DNA from: Candidatus Dormiibacterota bacterium
Lineage (GTDB): Bacteria; Chloroflexota; Dormibacteria; Aeolococcales; Aeolococcaceae
Direction of reading: 5' to 3'
Assembly (NCBI GenBank): GCA_036561525.1
Contig: DATBPD010000107.1
Span: 5,502-69,501, forward strand
Length of the DNA stretch: 64,000 nt
Below are positions 11,884 to 20,252 of this stretch, piece after piece. The stretch's first letter is position 1, and every line of letters begins with the position of its first letter. The notes beneath the pieces are model-generated. The model was not told the origin of the DNA and did no database searches. It saw only the letters and a list, made by a program, of their open reading frames with translations. A program made the position numbers and the translations under genes.

Positions 11884-12603
11884 ATGCACGAACCGCTCCG
11901 CGCCGTCAACAGCGCCGGCTTCGCGTCACCCGCCGGGCTGACCGCGCTGCCGGTCGTGCTTGCCCCCGTGTCCGGACGTCTGCACGTGCTGCTTGTTCGA
12001 CGTGAGGAGCAGCCGGCAGCCGGCATGTGGTCGCTGCCCGGCGGCTTCATGAGCGGTGACGAGCGACCCGAGGAGACTGCGCAGCGCAAGCTCACCGAGA
12101 AGACTGGGGTCGGGGCTGTCTACATGGAGCAGCTGCAGACGTTCGGCGATCCCAACCGCGACCCGCGCGGCTGGATCCCGTCGGTGGCCTACCTCGGGCT
12201 CATCGACGCCGCCGTCCTGCGCGAGCACGAGTCGGCGGCGCGTTGGTTCGCGGTCGACGACCTACCGCCGCTTGCGTTCGACCACGCTGAGGTCATCGGC
12301 GACGCTGTCGAGCGCCTGCGCGGCAAGGTGTGGTGGTCCAACATTGCCGTCGGCCTTCTTCCCGAGCAGTTCACCATGCCCCAGGCCCGGCGCGTGTTCG
12401 AGGCCATCAGCGGCGTCGCCTACGAGCCTTCGAACTTCCGCCGCGGTCTCGAGCAGTCCGGCCTGGTGCGCACCACCGGCGGAGTCGTCAAGGGTGGCCC
12501 GGGCCGACCTGCCGCGCTCTACGAGTTCGTCGACCGCCGGCCCGCCTGGAGCACGCGCCGCTCGCGCGTGCCCGCGACGGTCCGTACCCGCGAGCCGCGC
12601 TGA
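11884..12603 (+). CDS. NrtR-like Nudix-related transcriptional regulator (Nudix domain plus C-terminal winged helix)
   Basis: The Nudix box GFMSGDERPEETAQRKLTEKTGV is followed by the NrtR-type C-terminal region (FTMPQARRVFEAISGVAYEPSNFRRGLEQSGLV...GRPAALYEF). Confidence 0.75.
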   Translation: MHEPLRAVNSAGFASPAGLTALPVVLAPVSGRLHVLLVRREEQPAAGMWSLPGGFMSGDERPEETAQRKLTEKTGVGAVYMEQLQTFGDPNRDPRGWIPSVAYLGLIDAAVLREHESAARWFAVDDLPPLAFDHAEVIGDAVERLRGKVWWSNIAVGLLPEQFTMPQARRVFEAISGVAYEPSNFRRGLEQSGLVRTTGGVVKGGPGRPAALYEFVDRRPAWSTRRSRVPATVRTREPR

Positions 12604-12614
12604 GGGCGCGGCGA

Positions 12615-13652
12615 TCAGACGCCAGGGCGCTCCTCGAGGGTGGCGTGGAGCGTGATCGTCTGTCCACCCCGGCGCACCTTGCAGGTGATCACGTCGCCGT
12701 CCCGGTGCGCCTGGATCAGACCGCCGAGCGTCCGCCCGTTGTCGATGTCGACGCCGTCGATGGCCACCAGGATGTCGGCCGCCCTGAACCCAGCCCCCGC
12801 CGCGGGTGTCCCGGCGCGGACGCTCTTCACGAAGACCCCCGGACCCGAGAACCCCGAGCCGGCTTCGATGGCGTCGATGCTGGGCAGGTAGGTGATGCCC
12901 AGGAAGGGATGCTGCACCTTCTGGTGGTTGATCAGCGTCTCGGCGACGTAGCGGGCGAGGTCGGCGGGGATGCTGTAGCCGATGTTGTTGGCGTTGCCCG
13001 CCGTGGCCACGTTGACCCCGACGACATCGCCGGCCATGTCCGACAGCGGGCCACCGCTGTTCCCCGGATTGATCGACGCGTCGGTCTGGAGGACGTCCTC
13101 GAGCGTCTCGGATGACGCCCCGCCGCTGTCGCTGGCGCTGATGGTGCGGTGCAGAGCGCTGATCACCCCCGCGGTCACCGAGCCCTGGTTGCCAAGCGGG
13201 GAACCGATGGCGATCACCGGCTGTCCAACTGCCAGGTTGGCCGAGGTGCCGAAGGTCGCCTGGGCAAGGGAGGTGCTCGGGACGCTGACCACGGCGATGT
13301 CATCGAGGCTGTCCGTGCCCACCAGCTTGGCGGCAAACTCCTGGCCGTCGGGCATGACCACGTGCAGGCCGGTGGCGCCGGTGACCACATGGTTGTTGGT
13401 CACCAGGTAGCTGACCGAGGTGTCGTGGGCGATGACGAAGCCGCTGCCCAGCGCGTTCGAGGAGGCTGATTGGGCGGCGATGATGGTCGCCACCGCCGGG
13501 GCGAGCTGCTTGGCGACGGCCACCGTGGCGACGGTGCCGACGTTGACCGGGTTGTCGTTGACTCGGACGTCCGCGGCCCCCGAGCCTCCAGAGGGGTTGC
13601 GGGTGGCGGCGTAGGCGACGCCCGCACCGACGATGAGCCCGACGGCGAGCAT
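12615..13652 (-). CDS. htrA: HtrA/DegP-family S1C serine protease with PDZ domain
   Basis: The catalytic triad contexts are TNNHV (His), DDIAVV (Asp) and GNSGGPL (Ser). A C-terminal PDZ-like segment and an N-terminal membrane anchor are present. The first canonical start is ATG at 13652. Confidence 0.9.
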   Translation of the reverse strand: MLAVGLIVGAGVAYAATRNPSGGSGAADVRVNDNPVNVGTVATVAVAKQLAPAVATIIAAQSASSNALGSGFVIAHDTSVSYLVTNNHVVTGATGLHVVMPDGQEFAAKLVGTDSLDDIAVVSVPSTSLAQATFGTSANLAVGQPVIAIGSPLGNQGSVTAGVISALHRTISASDSGGASSETLEDVLQTDASINPGNSGGPLSDMAGDVVGVNVATAGNANNIGYSIPADLARYVAETLINHQKVQHPFLGITYLPSIDAIEAGSGFSGPGVFVKSVRAGTPAAGAGFRAADILVAIDGVDIDNGRTLGGLIQAHRDGDVITCKVRRGGQTITLHATLEERPGV

Positions 13653-13855
13653 GGCGACCAGGCTGCGCCAACCTCGGCGCGGGCGGTCGAGCGCCTGCGG
13701 CGGGGGCGGCGCGTCGTTCGGCGTGGCCGCGGGCTCGCGGAGGCGCGCGCCCGCCGGGACCGGGGGTGGATCGGGCCAGTGGATGCCCTCAATCTCGTCG
13801 ATGCGACCTATTGTGGCCCGCGCATGCTTGCCAGCGTCCTCAGCAACGGGCGCCC

Positions 13856-14896
13856 ATGACGGCGCTGACCTGCGCCCTCGGACCGGACTCAGCCGGCACT
13901 CTGCTGCGCCGATTCCTGGCCGCGGCGAGCACCCGGTTGGACGTCGCGGTGTACGAAGCGGGGCCCGCCTTTGCCTGGGAGTTCCCCCGGGCGGTCGAGC
14001 GCGGCGTCGAGGTCCGGGTGCTGCTCGACGGGCACGGCGGCGCCAACCGCGGATGCCTCGAAGAGCTGCGGGCGGCGGCGGCGCGCGGCACGGCCGTGCC
14101 GATTCGCCTGAAACGCCATGAAGCGGCGCGCGAGGCGCACTGGAAGCTGCTCGTCGCCGACGGCCATCGCCTGGCGGTGGGGACGGGCAACCTCATCGAG
14201 CGGGACGCCCCCGCCGACCGCCGCGGCCGCCTGCCGCCGGAGGCACCTGCGCAGGCGGGCACCCGCGAGTGGTGGGCGTTCATCGACGGGGCCCCCGGCC
14301 TGGCGTCGACGGCGAGGTCGCGGATCACCGCGGCGTGGCGGGAGTCGGCTCCGCCCCCACCGATCTGGGCTGTGGAAGTGGTCGCCGAGGTGCCGCCTGT
14401 CGGGATCCCGCGACCGAGCGTCGCGCCTCTTCTGGTCGATGTCGGGCCGCGGCGCCTGCACCTGGCGATCGAGGCGAGGGCGGTCCGGCAGGAGATCGAG
14501 GCGATCCTCGATTCGGCCGAAAAGCGCTGCCTCCTCGTTGTGCCCTACATGCACACCTGGGCCCACGAGGTGCGTCCGCTCCTCGAGCGCCTCGCTGAGG
14601 CTCGCCGCCGGGGGCTCGATGTCCGTGTGCTCCTCGGCCAGGAGCCGGCGGGTGGTGACGCGGCCACCCTTCGTGAGCGCGGGGTGCCGGCGCGGGTGAT
14701 GGACCCGGCCCGGTGCACCACCGGCCACACCAAGGGTTTGGTCGTCGACTCCAGTGCCCTGGTGATGTCCGCGAACTGGAGCGCGGCGGGGCTGGGCAGC
14801 TCCATCGAGAGCGGCCTGCGCATCGATGATCGCGCCGCGGCCGACTACTTCGCGGCGGCCTTCGAGCGCGACTGGCACGTCTCGAACCCACCGTGA
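13856..14896 (+). CDS. phospholipase D-like protein with two HKD motifs
   Basis: The HKD motifs are HWKLLVADGHRLAVGTGN and HTKGLVVDSSALVMSAN. I see no obvious TM segment. I preferred ATG at 13856 over the longer track start at 13766. Confidence 0.8.
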   Translation: MTALTCALGPDSAGTLLRRFLAAASTRLDVAVYEAGPAFAWEFPRAVERGVEVRVLLDGHGGANRGCLEELRAAAARGTAVPIRLKRHEAAREAHWKLLVADGHRLAVGTGNLIERDAPADRRGRLPPEAPAQAGTREWWAFIDGAPGLASTARSRITAAWRESAPPPPIWAVEVVAEVPPVGIPRPSVAPLLVDVGPRRLHLAIEARAVRQEIEAILDSAEKRCLLVVPYMHTWAHEVRPLLERLAEARRRGLDVRVLLGQEPAGGDAATLRERGVPARVMDPARCTTGHTKGLVVDSSALVMSANWSAAGLGSSIESGLRIDDRAAADYFAAAFERDWHVSNPP

Positions 14897-14935
14897 GCGT
14901 CGGTCGATCCGGGAGTCCACGGTTATGCTCGTCCG

Positions 14936-17485
14936 ATGATCGAGGACGAGCCCGCAGAAGTGTCGCCGCCCCAGCCGGTGCCCGAGCGGCTCCCGGTGGT
15001 CCCGCTCCGCGACAACGTCGTCTTCCCTCACCAGCTGGCGCCGCTCGCGGCCGGCCGGCGGCGCTCGGTGGCCGGGCTGCAGGCCGCCGTCAACGCCGAC
15101 GGGCGGGTCATCCTCGCGGTTCAGCGCGACGCGCAACCGGATGACGTCGGCTTCGCAGACCTCCACGAGATCGCCGTCGTCGCCACCGTCGGTGCCCTGC
15201 GACTCCTCCCCGGGGCTGGGGCGCATGCCCTGGTCGAGGGCCAGCATCGGGTGCGGCTGGTTTCCTTCGAGGAAGACGGCGAGCACTGGTCGGCGGCGTA
15301 CGTGGCCATCGACGACACCGACGACACCGGCACCGAGGCCGACGCGCTGGCGGGGAGCGTGCGCCAGCTGTTCGCCGAGTACGTGACCGCGGGAGGCCAG
15401 GTCGCCCCCGAGGTGGGCGCGTCGATGGCCAGGGCGGGTGGCCCATCCCGCGTCGCCGATATCGCCTCGGCGGCTCCGGACCTGACCGTGGAGGAACGGG
15501 TGGAGCTGCTCCAGACGCTGGACGCGATGGTCCGCCTTCGCCGCCTGGCGCCGCTGCTGGGTCGCCAGGTGGAGGTGGCGTCGATGCGCACTCGGATCCA
15601 CGAGGACGTCACCCGCACCATCAACAAGTCGCAGCGTGAGCACATCCTGCGTGAGCAGCTTCGGGCGGTGCGCAAGGAGCTCGCCGAGCTCGACGGCGAG
15701 GGCGACGACGGCGAGGATCTCACCGCGCGCATCGAGGCCCTGGGGATGCCCCCGGCGGTCCGGGCCCGGGCGCTCAAGGAGGTGTCGCGCCTCGAACAGA
15801 TCCCCGGCGCGTCGCCTGAGCTTGGCATGGTGCGCACCTGGGTCGATTGGCTGCTCGACCTTCCGTGGGGCGAGCCGCCGCACCGCGACGTCGACATCGA
15901 CACGGCCGCAGCCATCCTCGACGCCGACCACTATGGCCTCGCCAAGGTGAAGGACCGCATCCTCGAGTGGATGGCGGTGCGCGATCGAGCCCAGCGCCGC
16001 GCCGACGCGACGGCCGCCTCCGCCGCCGAGCGCGCGCCTGACGACGCTGCCGGCGGCGACGCGCACGCTGAGTCGGCAGAGCCGCCGGCGCGCGACGCGA
16101 GCCCGCCGCCGCGGGTCCTGCAGACGCCCATCCTCTGCCTGGTCGGGCCACCCGGAGTCGGCAAGACCTCGCTTGGGCGCAGCATCGCGCGGGCCATGGA
16201 CCGACGCTTCGTGCGCCTGTCGCTCGGCGGCATCCGCGACGAGGCGGAGATCCGCGGACACCGGCGCACCTACATCGGCGCTCTGCCCGGGCGGATCATC
16301 CAGTCGATGAAGCAGGCGGGCAGTGTCAACCCGGTGATCATGCTGGATGAAATTGACAAGGTTGGCACCGACTTCCGCGGCGACCCGTCCGCGGCTCTCC
16401 TCGAGGTCCTCGACCCCGAGCAGAATCGCGAGTTCAGCGACCACTACCTCGAGGTCCCCTACGACCTCTCGCATGTGCTCTTCATCACCACCGCCAACAT
16501 GGTCGAGACGATCGGTCCGGCGCTCCGCGATCGCATGGAGCTGATCCGCATCAGTGGCTACACCGAGGTGGAGAAGCTGGGCATCGCCGAGGGTCACCTG
16601 CTGCCACGTCAGCTCGGCCAGCACGGGCTCGACGGCGGCGAGCTGTCGATCGGCCACGACACGCTGGTGGCCATCCTCCGGGGCTACACGCGCGAAGCGG
16701 GTGTGCGCCAGCTCGACCGCACCATCGCCGAGATCGCGCGCAAGGTGCCCCGCCGCCTGGCGGCAGGGGTGGAGAGCGTCGTGGTCGAACCCGCCCAGCT
16801 CAGCGAGTTCCTGGGGCCGCAGCGCTATGACTACGGGGAGGCACAGGAGGCCGACGAGGTGGGCGCGGTCACCGGGGTTGTGGTCAGCGACGTCGGCGGT
16901 GACATCGTCACCGTGGAGGCGCTCGCCGTGGTGGCCGACCCAGCCCTGTCGCTGACCGGACAGCTCGGCAGCGTCATGGAGGAGTCGGCCAAGGCCGCGC
17001 TCTCGTGGGCCCGGGTCCACGCCGTGGAGTACGGGGCTCCGCGCGACTTCTTCGAGACCCACGCTCTGCACATCCACGTGCCCGCCGGCGCGATTCCCAA
17101 GGATGGTCCCTCGGCGGGAGTGACCATGGTCACCGCGATGGTCAGCGTCGCCTCCGGACGCAGGGTGCGTCGCGACGTCGCCATGACCGGCGAGGTGACG
17201 CTGCGCGGTCGGGTGCTGCCCATCGGCGGCGTCAAGGACAAGCTGCTGGCTGCCCATCGGTCGGGGTTGACGACCTTCATCCTGCCGCGCAAGAACCTTC
17301 GCGACCTCGACGAGATTCCCCGTGATGTGCTGGAGACCGTCGAGGTGGTGCCCGTCGACAACGTCGGCGAGGTGCTGGCGCGAGCCCTCACCGATGCGCC
17401 GGCCCAGCGTCGTGAGCGTCGCAGCGCCGGCTTCATGCTGCCCCTGGGCGGTGACGACGGGCAGCCGCCGACCATCACCGCCTGA
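14936..17485 (+). CDS. lon: ATP-dependent Lon protease (LonA)
   Basis: It has an N-terminal LON domain, Walker A GPPGVGKTS, DEIDK, the protease Ser in PKDGPSAGV and Lys in MTGEVTLRG. Confidence 0.95.
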   Translation: MIEDEPAEVSPPQPVPERLPVVPLRDNVVFPHQLAPLAAGRRRSVAGLQAAVNADGRVILAVQRDAQPDDVGFADLHEIAVVATVGALRLLPGAGAHALVEGQHRVRLVSFEEDGEHWSAAYVAIDDTDDTGTEADALAGSVRQLFAEYVTAGGQVAPEVGASMARAGGPSRVADIASAAPDLTVEERVELLQTLDAMVRLRRLAPLLGRQVEVASMRTRIHEDVTRTINKSQREHILREQLRAVRKELAELDGEGDDGEDLTARIEALGMPPAVRARALKEVSRLEQIPGASPELGMVRTWVDWLLDLPWGEPPHRDVDIDTAAAILDADHYGLAKVKDRILEWMAVRDRAQRRADATAASAAERAPDDAAGGDAHAESAEPPARDASPPPRVLQTPILCLVGPPGVGKTSLGRSIARAMDRRFVRLSLGGIRDEAEIRGHRRTYIGALPGRIIQSMKQAGSVNPVIMLDEIDKVGTDFRGDPSAALLEVLDPEQNREFSDHYLEVPYDLSHVLFITTANMVETIGPALRDRMELIRISGYTEVEKLGIAEGHLLPRQLGQHGLDGGELSIGHDTLVAILRGYTREAGVRQLDRTIAEIARKVPRRLAAGVESVVVEPAQLSEFLGPQRYDYGEAQEADEVGAVTGVVVSDVGGDIVTVEALAVVADPALSLTGQLGSVMEESAKAALSWARVHAVEYGAPRDFFETHALHIHVPAGAIPKDGPSAGVTMVTAMVSVASGRRVRRDVAMTGEVTLRGRVLPIGGVKDKLLAAHRSGLTTFILPRKNLRDLDEIPRDVLETVEVVPVDNVGEVLARALTDAPAQRRERRSAGFMLPLGGDDGQPPTITA

Positions 17486-18138
17486 TGGCCGAAGCCCTTG
17501 GCGAGCTCCTCGACCTGCACGTCGTGGTCGACCCGGCCTATGACCAGAACTGCTACGTGCTGCACCGTCGCGACAGCGATGCCGCGCTCGTCATCGATCC
17601 GGGGCTGCAGCACCAGGACACCCTCCACCTCCTCGACAGCAAGGCCTGGCGGTGCGAGCGCGTTCTGCTCACCCACGGCCACGGCGACCACGTCAACGGC
17701 GTCCCCGCGATCGTGGCGGCGCACCACTGCCCTGTCGCCCTGCATCCCGACGACCGCGAGCAGCTGGTCAGCGTCCGCTTTCTGCCCGGGATCCCGGCCG
17801 ACCTTGCCGACGTGGAGATCGACGAGGACCTCGCCGAGGGCCAGGTGATCGGGTGGCACGGTCTCGACATCGAGGTGCTGCATACCCCCGGGCACACGCG
17901 CGGCTCGGTGTGCTTCATCGTCGGGCGCGACCTGCTCAGCGGCGACACGCTCTTTCGGCGCGGCGTCGGTCGCGCCGATCTGCCCGGCGGTGACTGGCCG
18001 CAGCTCCTGGTCAGCATCGAGAGGCATCTCTACACGCTGCCGCCCGCCACGGTTGTACATCCCGGCCACGGCTCCAGCACCACCATCGGTGAGGAGATGA
18101 GCTCAAACCCGTTCGTCGTGCACCCGCGCCACCGCTGA
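17485..18138 (+). CDS. MBL-fold hydrolase (glyoxalase II-like)
   Basis: THGHGDH and HTPGHTRGS motifs are present. Its ATG shares one base with the lon stop. Confidence 0.85.
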   Translation: MAEALGELLDLHVVVDPAYDQNCYVLHRRDSDAALVIDPGLQHQDTLHLLDSKAWRCERVLLTHGHGDHVNGVPAIVAAHHCPVALHPDDREQLVSVRFLPGIPADLADVEIDEDLAEGQVIGWHGLDIEVLHTPGHTRGSVCFIVGRDLLSGDTLFRRGVGRADLPGGDWPQLLVSIERHLYTLPPATVVHPGHGSSTTIGEEMSSNPFVVHPRHR

Positions 18139-18726
18139 CGTTGCGGTGCGGGCGACGGTTGCCGTGATGCGCCCGATCAGCGCAGCGATGATCGCCGCGG
18201 TCACGCCCCAGATGACTTCGCCGCCGACGTCGTAGAAGTGCACCTCGCGGGGCCGCCCCTGGTGAGTGAGGGTTTGCACCGTGTGGGGCCCCTCGATGAG
18301 GCTCTGGAGGTCGACGTGGAAGAGACGGGCAACCTCGAGGTGGTCGGGGCGCAGGTCGATGTCGCGATCGCGCAGGCCGATCACCGGCGTCAGCCAGTTG
18401 TCCGATGTTGCTGTCAGAAATGGCGGCAACAAGCCGATCACCTCGACGGCGTCGGCGGGGATGGCAGCCTCCTCGGCCGCCTCGCGGAGCGCGGTGGCCA
18501 CGATGTCCGCGTCGTCGGACTCACTGCCCCCACCGGGGAAGCCGATCTGGCCAGCGTGGTGGCGGAGGTGCGCCGTGCGCTCGATGAAGAGCAGGGGGAG
18601 CCGCGGATCGCGCGTGTCGAAGAGGAGCAGAACGCCCGCGGCTCGGCGGCTCGCCGGCGGCGCCTCGTCGTGCGCGGCGTCGAGCCGGTCGACCGTGGCC
18701 CGGAGCAGGTCCTCGAGGTCGGCCAT
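18103..18726 (-). CDS. NUDIX hydrolase, CoA pyrophosphatase-like
   Basis: It has a HAGQIGFPGG context upstream of the Nudix box, plus REAAEEAAI. Confidence 0.75.
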   Translation of the reverse strand: MADLEDLLRATVDRLDAAHDEAPPASRRAAGVLLLFDTRDPRLPLLFIERTAHLRHHAGQIGFPGGGSESDDADIVATALREAAEEAAIPADAVEVIGLLPPFLTATSDNWLTPVIGLRDRDIDLRPDHLEVARLFHVDLQSLIEGPHTVQTLTHQGRPREVHFYDVGGEVIWGVTAAIIAALIGRITATVARTATSAVARVHDERV

Positions 18727-18765
18727 GGGATCACTCTACGTGACACCCGCGGCTGCGCCGGTTGG

Positions 18766-18939
18766 TCAGGCGGCGTGGGGCCTCATCGTGCTGCGCAGGC
18801 TGGCTTCGAGTCGCAGCATGGCGTCGGCGCGACGCACGGCATCCTCGATCACGGTGGCGAGAAGCTGCTGGCGGATGTACCGCCCGGCCGCGTCGTCCTC
18901 CCTGGCGTCGGCCAGGCGCTGCAGTTCTGCGGCTGCCAT
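18766..18939 (-). CDS. small hypothetical helical protein (57 aa)
   Basis: ATG at 18939 is preceded by GGAGCAGGAG. The ORF sits directly upstream of the NUDIX gene on the same strand. I recognise no family. Confidence 0.35.
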   Translation of the reverse strand: MAAAELQRLADAREDDAAGRYIRQQLLATVIEDAVRRADAMLRLEASLRSTMRPHAA

Positions 18940-19083
18940 CTCTGCTCCTGCTCCGCTGTGCGGCGTGGCCCGGGATGTGGACCCGGTGCCGTCGGCCGTG
19001 TTGGCAACGTACGCTTGCCGTCGCCGGTCGCGGTCACGTCGTGACCAAGCCTCGGTAAATGTGCGTGAAGGAGGTCTGAGGCA

Positions 19084-19383
19084 ATGCAACGCGGCGTCGC
19101 ATCGGGGGGTCGGGATCAGTCATCGCTGCGACCGTGCCCCCATTGCGCAGGCGTCTTGCGGGCTTCGCACCGCGAGTACGTGGGTGCTGGAAGCAGCACG
19201 ACGGTGCTGCGCTGCACGTCCTGTGGACGCACGGTGACCGGCCCCATCCGCAGTGACGCCGGCCGCCGCGCCGCCACCACGGGAAGGTCGCGACGCCATC
19301 AGCCCGTCGACGAAGGGCCACCAACGAACCCTGTTCTCGACCCCGAGCTGGCGCGCCGGCTCCTCGAGGAGCTCGGTGGCTAG
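19084..19383 (+). CDS. hypothetical zinc-ribbon protein (99 aa)
   Basis: An AAGGAGG Shine-Dalgarno sequence lies 9 nt upstream of the ATG. The product has a CPHC-x21-CTSC pattern. Confidence 0.5.
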   Translation: MQRGVASGGRDQSSLRPCPHCAGVLRASHREYVGAGSSTTVLRCTSCGRTVTGPIRSDAGRRAATTGRSRRHQPVDEGPPTNPVLDPELARRLLEELGG

Positions 19384-19384
19384 C

Positions 19385-20203
19385 TCACCGGTGCGCGGGA
19401 ACGGCCCCGACCGGTGGCCGCGTGGCCAGTGGCGAATGTGAGTCGAACCAGCTCAGGACGGCGGCGTTGATCGGGTCCCGGTCGATGTCGACGCTCATGC
19501 CGTGGCCGCTGCGCGGGAACGAGATTCGGGCCACGTCGGTGCTGCACACAAGTCGTCGTTCGATCTCCACCGCGTTGTCCGGGTGGATGGTGCGGTCGCG
19601 TCCCCCGTGGATGACGAGCACCGGTGCGCGAATCGCCGCCAGCTCATCGCGGACACGGCCGATCAATCGGGTGAACTCGTAGATCGACGACATCGGGCGC
19701 CGGCCGTGCGAGTACAGTTGGTCGGCGCCGGCCGGGTCGTAGAGGTCGATGTCGTCGCCGGCTTGGTGCCATCGCACCACATGCCGGGCGACCGGCAGCA
19801 GGCGCGCCGCAACCCCGGAGATCCAGACCGCAGCGGCCAGCGTCGCCACCGCGGCAACACGCAGGTCGGTGGCGGCCAGGTGCAGCGCGAGGGTGCCGCC
19901 CATCGACTGGCCGGCGACCATCACCTCGTCGCAGTCGGAGGCCAGGATGTCGAGCTCTCGCTGCGCGGAGGCCATCCAGTCGGTACGGGCGGATGCCCCC
20001 AGCGCTGCGGGCGTGGTGCCGTGGCCGGCGAGCAGCGGGGCCCGGCAGCGGTAGCCGTTGCGCGCCAGGTGCTCGCCGAGACCGCGCAGCTCCGGCGGTG
20101 TGCCGGCGAACCCATGGAGCAGCAGCACGCCGCGGCGCCCCTCGCCGAGTGTCCACGGTTGCACCACCTCCGGGTCGAAGGGGATGAGAGTGCGCGCGGC
20201 CAT
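19385..20203 (-). CDS. alpha/beta hydrolase (esterase/lipase-like)
   Basis: It has an HGF(A)G oxyanion region, the nucleophile elbow GQSMGG and a C-terminal HG..D/H region. Confidence 0.85.
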   Translation of the reverse strand: MAARTLIPFDPEVVQPWTLGEGRRGVLLLHGFAGTPPELRGLGEHLARNGYRCRAPLLAGHGTTPAALGASARTDWMASAQRELDILASDCDEVMVAGQSMGGTLALHLAATDLRVAAVATLAAAVWISGVAARLLPVARHVVRWHQAGDDIDLYDPAGADQLYSHGRRPMSSIYEFTRLIGRVRDELAAIRAPVLVIHGGRDRTIHPDNAVEIERRLVCSTDVARISFPRSGHGMSVDIDRDPINAAVLSWFDSHSPLATRPPVGAVPAHR

Positions 20204-20252
20204 GAGCGCGGCGAGTATATGCCGGGCCCGCGGATGCTACCGTCGCGCCCAC

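Noticed and set aside
13889-17257. A 1122-aa ORF on the minus strand spanning the PLD-like gene and most of lon.
   Set aside because: It is antisense to two genes with unmistakable motifs (HKD pairs; Lon Walker A and the Ser-Lys protease site). Its product is an Arg/Gly/His/Asp/Ala-rich low-complexity string with no recognisable domain. Long stop-free antisense frames are expected at about 70% GC.
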